This document shows, in pieces, positions 17,212 to 25,771 of a stretch of DNA of 64,000 nt. The position numbers and the translations under genes were made by a program. Position 1 is the stretch's first letter. Every line of letters begins with the position of its first letter. The stretch lies in sequence record NC_019521.1; one strand, 5' to 3'. The notes under the pieces were generated by a model. The model saw nothing but the letters and a program-made list of their open reading frames with translations. It ran no database searches and was not told the origin of the DNA.

Positions 17212-19794
17212 ATGAACAATCCTTGGATTTTACTTAACAACCAGCTGTTAAATCGAGCTGAAGGAACAATCGATTTAGAAAAAGACAAAGAAGCCGCGAG
17301 ACAATTCTTCCTAGGATATGTAAACAAGAATATGGTTTGGTTCCATTCGTTACATGAGAAACTATGTCATTTGGTTAACGAAGGTTACTATTTCGATATG
17401 TTTCAGAATTACGAATATGAAGAAATCAAGGAGGTATTTTCATTCGTATATTCTAAGAAATTTCGTTTCCAATCGTATATGGCTGCATTCTTATTTTACA
17501 AGAACTATGCAATGCGTGATGGAGAAACAGATCAATTCTTTGAAAGATATGAAGATCGTATAGCTACAGTAGCATTATATACTTCAATTGATCTTAAAAC
17601 TGGTAAAGGTGATTTACAAAAAGCTTTAGCACAAGCTGAAATCATGATTAATCAGGAATATCAACCTGCTACCCCGACATTCTCAAACGCTGGAAAACTT
17701 AAAGGTGGTGAATTGGTATCATGTTTCTTAGATGAAATCGGTGATTCTAAAGTTGGAATATCCAAATCTATTCAAGCCGCATTGGATTTATCTTCGATGG
17801 GTGGAGGTGTATCGTTTAACGTATCTAAATTACGTGCACGTGGTGAAGCTATTAAAGGAATCGACGGAAGAGCTTCAGGTGTTTTACCAGTAATGAAAAT
17901 CCTTGAAGATGCTTTTTCATATGCTAATCAATTAGGACAACGTCCAGGTGCTGGAGCTGCTTATATCAATATCTTCCATTCAGATGTTGAAGAATTTCTA
18001 GATTCTAAGAAAATCAACGCTGACGAAAAATCACGTCTTAAATCGCTTTCGTTAGGTGTTATCGTTCCTGACAAATTCATGGAATTAGCTGAGAAGGATG
18101 AACCATTTTATGTTTTCTATCCATATACAGTTAAGAAAGAATACGGTAAACATCTAGATGATTTGGATATCGATACAATGTATTCCGAATTAGTTTCTAA
18201 TCCTAATGTTAAGAAACGTAAGTTAAATGCTAGACGTATGTTAACTAAGATTGCACAAGTTCAGAAAGAATCAGGTTATCCATATTTCTTCTTGAAAACT
18301 AATGCTAACGAATATCATCCTTTGAAGAATTTGGGAGACGTTAAGTTTTCTAATTTATGTTTTACTGGTGATACTTTAGTTAACATAATTACTAGAGATG
18401 GTCAATATGTTAAACGTACTATTGAAGATTTATCTACAAATTTCGATCATGAAAAAGAAGGATGTATAACAGTACAGGGTGCGTATTGGTCCGATGATAA
18501 AGGTCAATGGGACTATGAATGGTTTTATGCTACAGCTTTCCAGACAGGTTGGAAAAAAGTAATAAAACTTGAACTATCTAACGGTGGTAATATAAAATGT
18601 ACACCCAATCATGAAATAGCTACAATTCATGGAAAGTATGTCAAGGCTTCAGAATCGATTGGTTCTATTTTAGCTTCAGATTCTAATAATGTATATGTAA
18701 CTGATATTAAAGAATTAAACGAATGTGTTCCAGTGTACGATTTGAATGTACAAGGCCCCCATAATTTTACTATTTCTGTAAGTGATAACGAATCGGTTTT
18801 AGTTCATAACTGTACCGAAATCATGCAATATTCAGAAGTGTCAGAATACAATGATTACGATAAGCAACATAACGATAAAATCAATTACGGTATTTCATGT
18901 AACTTAGGTTCTCTAAACATCGCAACTGTTATGAAGAATTCTAAAGATACTAATCGTTTCGAAAGGATCATAAGTACTGCAATGGATTCTTTAACTCATG
19001 TAACTGATCGAACTAACATTGCTGCTGTTCCTGCTATTGCTAGAGCTAACAAACATTTCAGGTCTGTTGGATTAGGTGCTATGAATTTACATGGTTATCT
19101 TGCACAAAATGAAATCATGTTCGAATCTGATGAAGCTTTAGATTTCGTTAATGTATTCTTCGGAATGGTAAATTACTATTCATTGAAACGTTCCATGGAA
19201 ATTAGTAGAGAACGTGATTGTGACACTTTCGAAGGATTTGATGAATCTGAATATGGAAATGGTAAGTACTTTGACAGATACATAGATAACTTCAATCTAG
19301 AACCTAAATTCGATAAAACTAGTGAGTTATTCGAAGGTATCGAAATTCCAAGTTTACAAGATTGGGTTGACTTAAAGGATGATGTAATGAATTACGGTAT
19401 CTATCATGCATATCGTTTAGCTATTGCACCTAACCAGTCAACAGCTTACATTATGTCAGCCACTCCTTCGATAATGCCAATATCTGATCAAGTTGAAGTA
19501 CGTGAATATGATCATTCGACAACCTTTTATCCTATGCCTGGAATGAACGATGATAACATGTTCTTCTATAAATCAGCATACGATATGGATCAGTTTAAGG
19601 TATTACGTTTAGTATCAGTTATTCAACGTCATATCGATCAAGGAATTTCATGTATTTTACATACAAATTCTGAAGATGATACCGCATTAATGGCAAGATA
19701 TTACATCTACGCTTGGAAGATGAAACTGAAATCGTTGTATTATACACGAACTCGTAAATCCTCTATTGACGGATGTATATCCTGTTCAGCTTAA
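17212..19794 (+). CDS. nrdE: Class Ib ribonucleotide reductase alpha subunit, intein-containing
   Basis: YQPATPTF, LVSCFL, GGGV, SNL|intein|CTEI, CNLGSLN, AIAPNQS, C-terminal CISC. No ATP cone. Confidence 0.97.
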   Translation: MNNPWILLNNQLLNRAEGTIDLEKDKEAARQFFLGYVNKNMVWFHSLHEKLCHLVNEGYYFDMFQNYEYEEIKEVFSFVYSKKFRFQSYMAAFLFYKNYAMRDGETDQFFERYEDRIATVALYTSIDLKTGKGDLQKALAQAEIMINQEYQPATPTFSNAGKLKGGELVSCFLDEIGDSKVGISKSIQAALDLSSMGGGVSFNVSKLRARGEAIKGIDGRASGVLPVMKILEDAFSYANQLGQRPGAGAAYINIFHSDVEEFLDSKKINADEKSRLKSLSLGVIVPDKFMELAEKDEPFYVFYPYTVKKEYGKHLDDLDIDTMYSELVSNPNVKKRKLNARRMLTKIAQVQKESGYPYFFLKTNANEYHPLKNLGDVKFSNLCFTGDTLVNIITRDGQYVKRTIEDLSTNFDHEKEGCITVQGAYWSDDKGQWDYEWFYATAFQTGWKKVIKLELSNGGNIKCTPNHEIATIHGKYVKASESIGSILASDSNNVYVTDIKELNECVPVYDLNVQGPHNFTISVSDNESVLVHNCTEIMQYSEVSEYNDYDKQHNDKINYGISCNLGSLNIATVMKNSKDTNRFERIISTAMDSLTHVTDRTNIAAVPAIARANKHFRSVGLGAMNLHGYLAQNEIMFESDEALDFVNVFFGMVNYYSLKRSMEISRERDCDTFEGFDESEYGNGKYFDRYIDNFNLEPKFDKTSELFEGIEIPSLQDWVDLKDDVMNYGIYHAYRLAIAPNQSTAYIMSATPSIMPISDQVEVREYDHSTTFYPMPGMNDDNMFFYKSAYDMDQFKVLRLVSVIQRHIDQGISCILHTNSEDDTALMARYYIYAWKMKLKSLYYTRTRKSSIDGCISCSA
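18358..18810 (+). mobile_element. Mini-intein (151 aa, residues 383-533) in NrdE
   Basis: CFTGDT (block A), KCTPNHEI (block B), VYDLNVQGPHNF (block F), VLVHN/C (block G). No room for an endonuclease. Confidence 0.95.
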
Positions 19795-19799
19795 AAACT

Positions 19800-19841
19800 A
19801 AACCCATGTAACTGAAACTTACATGGGTTTCTTAGTAAGAT
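19800..19841 (+). promoter_or_regulatory. Hairpin-embedded class I promoter, family B copy 1
   Basis: AAACCCATGTAA-CTGAAAC-TTACATGGGTTT. TGAAAC 19813-19818, TAGTAAGAT 19833-19841. Confidence 0.85.
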
Positions 19842-19848
19842 ATACATA
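19841..19848 (+). promoter_or_regulatory. Putative late promoter TATACATA
   Basis: 17 nt upstream of ATG 19866. Confidence 0.6.
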
Positions 19849-19865
19849 CTATTAAAAATAACTAA

Positions 19866-20543
19866 ATGAAAACACTTACTAAGATATACGAAAGTCTTTC
19901 ATAGATTAATGTCGGTGATTATGTAAAACTTACAGGATATGATAAAGATTACAGAGAAGCTGTAAGAGATTCTATAACACAAAATTTACTTGGTTTCGAA
20001 TTCAATGGTGATAGAATTGCATGGGTAGCTGCTGCTAAATACATAAACGATGCTGTAATGCAAGTTACAGGAATAGAAGATTCTAATTGGGGTGTTCGTG
20101 CTAATCTTGAATTGTCGACAGGTGTAAGTCCTGAGAAACGTAGAATGTCTATCCCTTTAACATTCTTATCACCTGCTTCAAAATCGGAAGTTAAATCATG
20201 GTATGACATGAAATTCGATGACTATATCAAAGAATATGGTACACCTAAAATTCTATCAGAAAAAGAATTTAAAGAAAGACAATCAGTACCAAGTTCTAAA
20301 ATGTTCCTAGTAACAAAACCATTTACGTTTAAAGGTAAACATGGTCAACTTAAATTCAGTAAGAATGATATAGCTAAATACTGGAATCAGAGTGGTAGTT
20401 TGGGTGACTTATTTACAGTAACTAATGTTACCACTGATAAATCTGATTCTAAAATGGAAACCGGTTATTCTGATACTCAAAATACTTCTGACAATCTTAA
20501 AGAATTGACTTATAAAGATTACGTAAAGTACATAAATAAATAA
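19866..20543 (+). pseudogene. 225-codon gene interrupted by one in-frame TAG at codon 13 (pseudogene, read-through or sequence error)
   Basis: MKTLTKIYESLS*INVGDYVKLTG... continues open and in frame into the track ORF 20058..20543. Confidence 0.7.
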
Positions 20544-20563
20544 TTGTTTTAGTATTTTTAAAA

Positions 20564-20607
20564 GAAACCCTCGGAAACTGAAACTTTCGAGGGTTTCGTA
20601 GTATAAT
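20564..20607 (+). promoter_or_regulatory. Hairpin-embedded class I promoter, family A copy 3
   Basis: 40 nt (20564-20603) identical to 4573-4612. TGAAAC 20579, TAGTATAAT 20599. Confidence 0.88.
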
Positions 20608-20635
20608 ATATACTAATAACAAATATATTTCAACT

Positions 20636-21340
20636 ATGAATACTATTTACAATCACCCATGTACTAATGAAGAACTTTTAACTATCGCTCTAGACAGAGT
20701 TAACTCTAACATTAAAGGAAAATGGCTTCATGTTTCAAGTCAATTCAATAACTTTGACAATGATTTTGAATACTATCTAGAAAAACCTATCTATACAGAA
20801 TTCAAAGACAAATACGGAAACATTAATACTGGTTATATTACTGTAATCGAATGTGAGAAATCACTATTCATTAATAAGTGGGAATTCAGTTTATTAGTAA
20901 TATCTTCAGAAGGTCATGACAAAACTGTTACAAAAACGAATTCAGGTTTTCATTATACGAAAACTGATAACATAAAAGATCATTATCTTTTCAATTCTAG
21001 AAATGCTGTTGTAAGCTGTTCTAAACGTAACACTTTAAACAAAGCTGATTGGGATTTAATCGTTAGCATAACTAAAACTTTGAAAGTTGACGATTTCTTA
21101 AATTCTGGAAATGTATCACCTGAAACTAAACGTGATATAGTTAATAACAGAATTACATCAGATGGTGGAAATGTTACCTTTCATGATCATGATGATTTGA
21201 TTCTTTTCACAGAACCGGATAATAGTAAGGTTTACACTTACTTAGATGTTGAACCTTCTGAAATGTTTCCAGATGGAAAACATAAGTTTCTAGCATCTAA
21301 CGAACAAATAGATATCGCTTACAATAAAATCGTAAAATAA
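20636..21340 (+). CDS. Hypothetical protein
   Basis: 234-aa ORF forming a single-gene unit between two hairpin promoters. Confidence 0.75.
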   Translation: MNTIYNHPCTNEELLTIALDRVNSNIKGKWLHVSSQFNNFDNDFEYYLEKPIYTEFKDKYGNINTGYITVIECEKSLFINKWEFSLLVISSEGHDKTVTKTNSGFHYTKTDNIKDHYLFNSRNAVVSCSKRNTLNKADWDLIVSITKTLKVDDFLNSGNVSPETKRDIVNNRITSDGGNVTFHDHDDLILFTEPDNSKVYTYLDVEPSEMFPDGKHKFLASNEQIDIAYNKIVK

Positions 21341-21343
21341 ATC

Positions 21344-21387
21344 AGAAACCCATGTAACTGAAACTTACATGGGTTTCTTAGTATAAT
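21344..21387 (+). promoter_or_regulatory. Hairpin-embedded class I promoter, family B copy 2
   Basis: 38 nt (21346-21383) identical to 19800-19837. TGAAAC 21359, TAGTATAAT 21379. Confidence 0.88.
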
Positions 21388-21416
21388 ATTTCTTTATCAA
21401 TGGTATATTAAACATC

Positions 21417-21791
21417 ATGAAATTCGAAACAGTTACATTAGGTATTTCAAATAAGGAAATCGAAAGTCTAAAGACTTATAATATAGACCCTCAAACAGAA
21501 CTTAAACGTAGACTTCTTGAAGAATTTGCAGCAGAGTTAGCTAATACTGAATTAGATTTGACAAAGGATCATATAGTCAAACTATCAGTTGAAGAATCTG
21601 AATATGTTAACTTTCATCACTTACAAGTTGGCGAAACCTATCATGTTGTAAATGGTTGTTGGGATTTCAAAGTTCTTGAATTACATGAAAAGTCTGTTAA
21701 GATTCTTATATACGATGGTGATGACACTGAAAAGACTTGGACTAGAAATGAATTTTCTTCTAACAACGTAACATTATCATCAAATGATTAA
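21417..21791 (+). CDS. Hypothetical protein
   Basis: 124-aa ORF. Confidence 0.7.
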   Translation: MKFETVTLGISNKEIESLKTYNIDPQTELKRRLLEEFAAELANTELDLTKDHIVKLSVEESEYVNFHHLQVGETYHVVNGCWDFKVLELHEKSVKILIYDGDDTEKTWTRNEFSSNNVTLSSND

Positions 21792-22095
21792 ATTCGTAAA
21801 ATCTTTATTCGAACCTAAACCGTTCACTATCGAAACTCTTATAGCTGATTCAGACGGAACTTGGAATGTTTCTGTATCAAGATTATCAGAAAACTCTTAT
21901 TCGTATAAAGCTGCTGGATATTTCTTTAGTTCACATAATAACGAAATAATAGATATTGACAAAGTTAAGAAAGTCATGAAGAAATCTAGATGGGGTTATC
22001 TAGCAATTGAACGTGACGGTAAGATGAAAACATTTACAGATTCTGATAAAATTCGAGAGTTTCTTAAATCGAATGAACATTTAATTCAAAGATAA
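21784..22095 (+). CDS. Hypothetical protein
   Basis: 103-aa ORF. Confidence 0.7.
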   Translation: MIKFVKSLFEPKPFTIETLIADSDGTWNVSVSRLSENSYSYKAAGYFFSSHNNEIIDIDKVKKVMKKSRWGYLAIERDGKMKTFTDSDKIREFLKSNEHLIQR

Positions 22096-22442
22096 TGAAT
22101 ACAATATACTTTAGAGGTAAAGACATTTTAACAGGATCATGGGTTTACGGTTACTACTATAAACATAATGAAGTTCATGGTATATTTACACCCGGTCGAG
22201 GTTCTGAAAGAGTAACTTTAGAAACTGTTGGTCAACTAGTTTACGAATTAGATGATACTATGGTTTTCGTTGGTGATATTATGACTAATCCGAGAGGTCA
22301 GAAATTTGAAGTCGTAATATACGACAACTTACCTAGCCTTAAACCAATCGATAGACAACAGTATAATGCTATGTCTAACGGTTATATGCAGAACAAAACA
22401 TTGATTGGAAACAAATTCGATAATCCTGAATTACTTAAATAA
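22095..22442 (+). CDS. YopX-family protein
   Basis: IYFRGKD...WVYGY, TVGQ, VGDI and C-terminal IGNKFDNPELL. Confidence 0.85.
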   Translation: MNTIYFRGKDILTGSWVYGYYYKHNEVHGIFTPGRGSERVTLETVGQLVYELDDTMVFVGDIMTNPRGQKFEVVIYDNLPSLKPIDRQQYNAMSNGYMQNKTLIGNKFDNPELLK

Positions 22443-22675
22443 TGAAACCAGAAAATTTCGATATAGAAAAAGTAAAAGAACATTTACAAGGTACTTGCAT
22501 GTCTTTAGATGAAGGCTTATCAGACTTATATCCAGACATGGATCAGTTTGACTTAGAAATGTCAGATCATGAAGCTATAGACATGGAAATGTTTAGATGT
22601 GATGGTTGTGGATGGTGGTTTGATAACTCAGAAATGGGTGAAGAAGAATGTCAAGATTGTGAAGAAACAGAATAA
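22442..22675 (+). CDS. Small acidic Zn-finger protein
   Basis: CDGC and CQDC pairs in 77 aa. Confidence 0.7.
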   Translation: MKPENFDIEKVKEHLQGTCMSLDEGLSDLYPDMDQFDLEMSDHEAIDMEMFRCDGCGWWFDNSEMGEEECQDCEETE

Positions 22676-22677
22676 AA

Positions 22678-23205
22678 ATGAAAAACGAATCAAAAACTAT
22701 ATCAGCTAAAGCTATAGCAACTGGAAAGGTTTATCATTCAGGTGAAAATAAATGCATCAGACTAAAAGATTTAACAATCGGGGAATTAGCTGACAAACTT
22801 AAAACTTCTTCAGATTTTCGAGATAATTCAGAATCGTATCATTTTCGCTTGTTCTCTGATAACGAAATTGAAATGATAAGGGATAATTATCCACATTTAT
22901 TAGAAGGTCATGAAGTTATCGACATACCCTTAGAAGTAGGTTACTGTGTGATTGATAGAGAAATTGATCAGTTATACAAGATTTATAGAAATGATATAAT
23001 ATCCGAAGAAGATGGAGAACTTTATACAGTTGTTAGAAAGTATAACGGTTCTAATCTTAAATCGATTATGAACGGATTTTCTTCTGAATTGTATTTTGTT
23101 AAATCCTCAAAACTTGAATTCATTTCTACCGAAGAACTTAGAAATCTTAGAAATCTTGGATATCATATGAAACATGATCGCGGTGATTCATATCTAGTTT
23201 GCTAG
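22678..23205 (+). CDS. Hypothetical protein
   Basis: 175-aa ORF. Confidence 0.7.
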   Translation: MKNESKTISAKAIATGKVYHSGENKCIRLKDLTIGELADKLKTSSDFRDNSESYHFRLFSDNEIEMIRDNYPHLLEGHEVIDIPLEVGYCVIDREIDQLYKIYRNDIISEEDGELYTVVRKYNGSNLKSIMNGFSSELYFVKSSKLEFISTEELRNLRNLGYHMKHDRGDSYLVC

Positions 23206-23207
23206 AT

Positions 23208-23215
23208 TATACATA
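23208..23215 (+). promoter_or_regulatory. Putative late promoter TATACATA
   Basis: In the 31-nt gap before nrdF. Confidence 0.6.
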
Positions 23216-23236
23216 TTACTGATACTTATTTTTAAC

Positions 23237-24232
23237 ATGACCGATAAAAAATATACTGCTGTAAACTGGAACAATCCAGATAACGATTATGCCCAAATGT
23301 TCTGGGATCAAAATATTAAACAATTCTGGATCGATACAGAATATGTACCTTCTAACGATATAACTTCTTGGAAGTCGTTAGAACCTGAAATGAAGAAAAC
23401 ATACATGAGAGCTTTAGGAGGTCTTACATTACTTGACACTTTACAAAGTCATACAGGTATGCCTAAGATCATAGATCATATCGACTCTCTACAAAACAAA
23501 GCTGTATTATCGTATATGTGTATGATGGAAGCGATACATGCTAAATCATACTCAACGATATTTACAACAGTAGCTAATAAAGATGAAATCGATGAAATCT
23601 TTAGTTGGATAACTACAAACCCTCAGATTCAATATAAAGCTAGTGTTATCGATTCTTACTATCAAAAGTTAGCAAATCCTGAAGTCGATCCAAAGGATTT
23701 ATTCATGGGGTTAGCTGCATCAGTAATGTTAGAATCATTTCTATTTTATTCTGGATTCTTTTTACCATTATATCTTTCTGGTAACGGTAAGATGAAAGCT
23801 TCAGCTGATATCATTAAGAAAATCGTAGCTGATGAATCTATTCATGGTGTATTCGTTGGATTACTTGCACAAGAAGTTTACAACACTTTCGATGATACTA
23901 CAAAGAAAGAATTAAAAGATGAACTGTTAAGAACTATTTACAGTTTATACGAAAACGAAGCTAAGTATACTGATTACATTTATACCGAAGTTGGATTATC
24001 TTCAGATGTAAAAGAATACGTTAAATACAATGCTAATAAAGCTTTGATGAATCTTGGATTCGATCCAGAATTCACACATGGTGAAATAAATCCAATCGTA
24101 TTGAATGGACTTAACACCGAAACAACTCAACATGATTTCTTTTCTATGAAATCTACTAATTACGAAATGGCTATTAATGTAAAACCAGTACATAATGAAG
24201 ATTTCGAATTAGACTTAAGCTGTCCAATCTAG
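23237..24232 (+). CDS. nrdF: Class Ib ribonucleotide reductase beta subunit
   Basis: AVNWN, GLTLLDTLQ, MEAIHAKSY (radical Tyr), LESFLFYSGF, DESIHG. Confidence 0.97.
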   Translation: MTDKKYTAVNWNNPDNDYAQMFWDQNIKQFWIDTEYVPSNDITSWKSLEPEMKKTYMRALGGLTLLDTLQSHTGMPKIIDHIDSLQNKAVLSYMCMMEAIHAKSYSTIFTTVANKDEIDEIFSWITTNPQIQYKASVIDSYYQKLANPEVDPKDLFMGLAASVMLESFLFYSGFFLPLYLSGNGKMKASADIIKKIVADESIHGVFVGLLAQEVYNTFDDTTKKELKDELLRTIYSLYENEAKYTDYIYTEVGLSSDVKEYVKYNANKALMNLGFDPEFTHGEINPIVLNGLNTETTQHDFFSMKSTNYEMAINVKPVHNEDFELDLSCPI

Positions 24233-24276
24233 GCAAATTATCAATCGACGTTTTGGAACAACGTTCATATCCTTCG

Positions 24277-24305
24277 AACCCTTACATTAACTTGTAAGGG
24301 TTTTT
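24277..24305 (+). terminator. Intrinsic terminator after nrdF
   Basis: AACCCTTACA-TTAACT-TGTAAGGGTT plus T run. Confidence 0.8.
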
Positions 24306-24310
24306 CTGTT

Positions 24311-24318
24311 TATACATA
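24311..24318 (+). promoter_or_regulatory. Putative late promoter TATACATA
   Basis: 4 nt before ATG 24323, opening the structural block. Confidence 0.65.
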
Positions 24319-24322
24319 ATCT

Positions 24323-25564
24323 ATGATAGGAATATTAAACGATAGTAATTTTTCTTTAGCTAGTCTTGATAACGTTCATAACTATGAACTTATGGTTAGG
24401 GCTATAGCTAATAAAACTGTAACACATCACGTTTCAGCAATTGAAAGATTCAAATCAAGCCCTTACGTAGACGATCCATTATTTCTAGGATATCGACCAC
24501 TGTTTCATTATACGGTAAATTCTGGATTATTAGCACCAGAGGAATTCACAGATTCAGCTTTAGCTTATCTGAAAAGAATCGGTGAGGAAACTAGATATGA
24601 AGCGTTAAAACAGTTTATCAGACAATTACAAAAAGTTAATGTCGATATGCCATACATGTTTCAAACTATCGAAGGGTTAGCAGAAGCTAAGAATAACTTC
24701 AATAAAACTATATTGAAAGAAAACAATATAATTTCTTTTGGTATGCTTGAAACTTTAGATATGCGAATTCAAGGATTGATTCAATCTTATCAAAACATAG
24801 CATATGATTCGATAAGACATGTATGGGTTCTTCCAAGAAATCTTAGACAATTTTCTATATCTATTGTCGTATATCCTATCGGTGTTTATAATGTTGGAAC
24901 TAATCTTGAAGCTGAATCAATCCCAAACGCTAAATCGGATGGAACTGGATTCAAGAAACCTGCTGACAATATTTTAGCGTTTAATCATTTAATGTTTGAA
25001 TTCGCTCAATGTGAATTCGATATTGAAAGTTCAGGGCAGACATTTATAGAAAGTGTTAATAACGCTGAGATAGAAATGGCTACAACTTCATTAGCTTTCA
25101 AATATACTAGAGTAAGACAATCCGGTGTATTCAAATCTTTACTTGGTCAAAAAGTAATATCACCTTCCTCTTTCGCTATCATAAATGCTGTAAAAGAAAA
25201 ACAATCAGGTAACAGAATTCTCAATTTTGTTAAGGATGCAGCAGCACCAGTTCTAAGAGATATAAATCAGTTAAAGGAAAGATTCAAATCGTTAGAAGAT
25301 TTCAAAGCTGGTTTCGGTGAACTATTTGGATCAGCTAGAGAATATCTTGAAAGGAACGCACAAGCCTTTCTAACGAATCAAATCAATAGATTATATCTTG
25401 GAAACGTTTACGAAACTTCACCCGCTGATATAGTAGCTATGGCTAATTCTAGAACATTTGAAAATCTATTGATAAATTCTGGAAGAGCCTTTAATAACGA
25501 TTCTAGACGTGGAACTTCTGGACAAGGTACACCACCAAACGAAAACATATATGGACAATCTTAA
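24323..25564 (+). CDS. Putative virion structural protein (tail tube/baseplate initiator-like)
   Basis: First gene of the late block. Beta-rich central part (FSISIVVY, FEFAQCEF, SLAFKY) is reminiscent of tube-fold proteins. Fold call is tentative. Confidence 0.45.
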   Translation: MIGILNDSNFSLASLDNVHNYELMVRAIANKTVTHHVSAIERFKSSPYVDDPLFLGYRPLFHYTVNSGLLAPEEFTDSALAYLKRIGEETRYEALKQFIRQLQKVNVDMPYMFQTIEGLAEAKNNFNKTILKENNIISFGMLETLDMRIQGLIQSYQNIAYDSIRHVWVLPRNLRQFSISIVVYPIGVYNVGTNLEAESIPNAKSDGTGFKKPADNILAFNHLMFEFAQCEFDIESSGQTFIESVNNAEIEMATTSLAFKYTRVRQSGVFKSLLGQKVISPSSFAIINAVKEKQSGNRILNFVKDAAAPVLRDINQLKERFKSLEDFKAGFGELFGSAREYLERNAQAFLTNQINRLYLGNVYETSPADIVAMANSRTFENLLINSGRAFNNDSRRGTSGQGTPPNENIYGQS

Positions 25565-25769
25565 TAATGCTTTAAATCGTTTACAGGAAAGTACTAAACG
25601 GTTAAATGCTTCATATGAATCAATAATAAAACGATTCGATGAATTAGATGAAAGTATTTCAGAATTGAAGAATCTAAATACTGAAATATTGTTCAAATCT
25701 GTAACTAAGTTACATGAAGTCGAAACAGAATTACATAAACAAATAACAGAAATCAAACAACTAATATAA
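25551..25769 (+). CDS. Small coiled-coil protein (72 aa)
   Basis: Likely start at ATG 25551 (MDNLNNALNRLQES...), heptad pattern. Confidence 0.6.
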   Translation: MDNLNNALNRLQESTKRLNASYESIIKRFDELDESISELKNLNTEILFKSVTKLHEVETELHKQITEIKQLI

Positions 25770-25771
25770 AA

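Noticed and set aside
17354-17563. Alternate-frame + strand ORF inside nrdE (also 57088..57270 inside sbcDC)
   Set aside because: Fully nested in highly conserved genes with no independent signals.
18358-18810. Homing endonuclease in the NrdE intein
   Set aside because: Only 151 aa, with no LAGLIDADG or HNH motif between blocks B and F.
19902-19904. Genome-wide TAG-to-Gln recoding (code 15)
   Set aside because: ORFs of 860-1301 aa contain no internal TAG, several genes end at TAG directly before terminators or promoters, and coding density is already near complete in the standard code.
24232-24322. tRNA or structured ncRNA in this and other intergenic gaps (13305-13466, 35270-35353)
   Set aside because: Only simple hairpins, no cloverleaf or T-loop GTTCGA context seen by eye. 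tRNAscan-SE/Infernal would be decisive.
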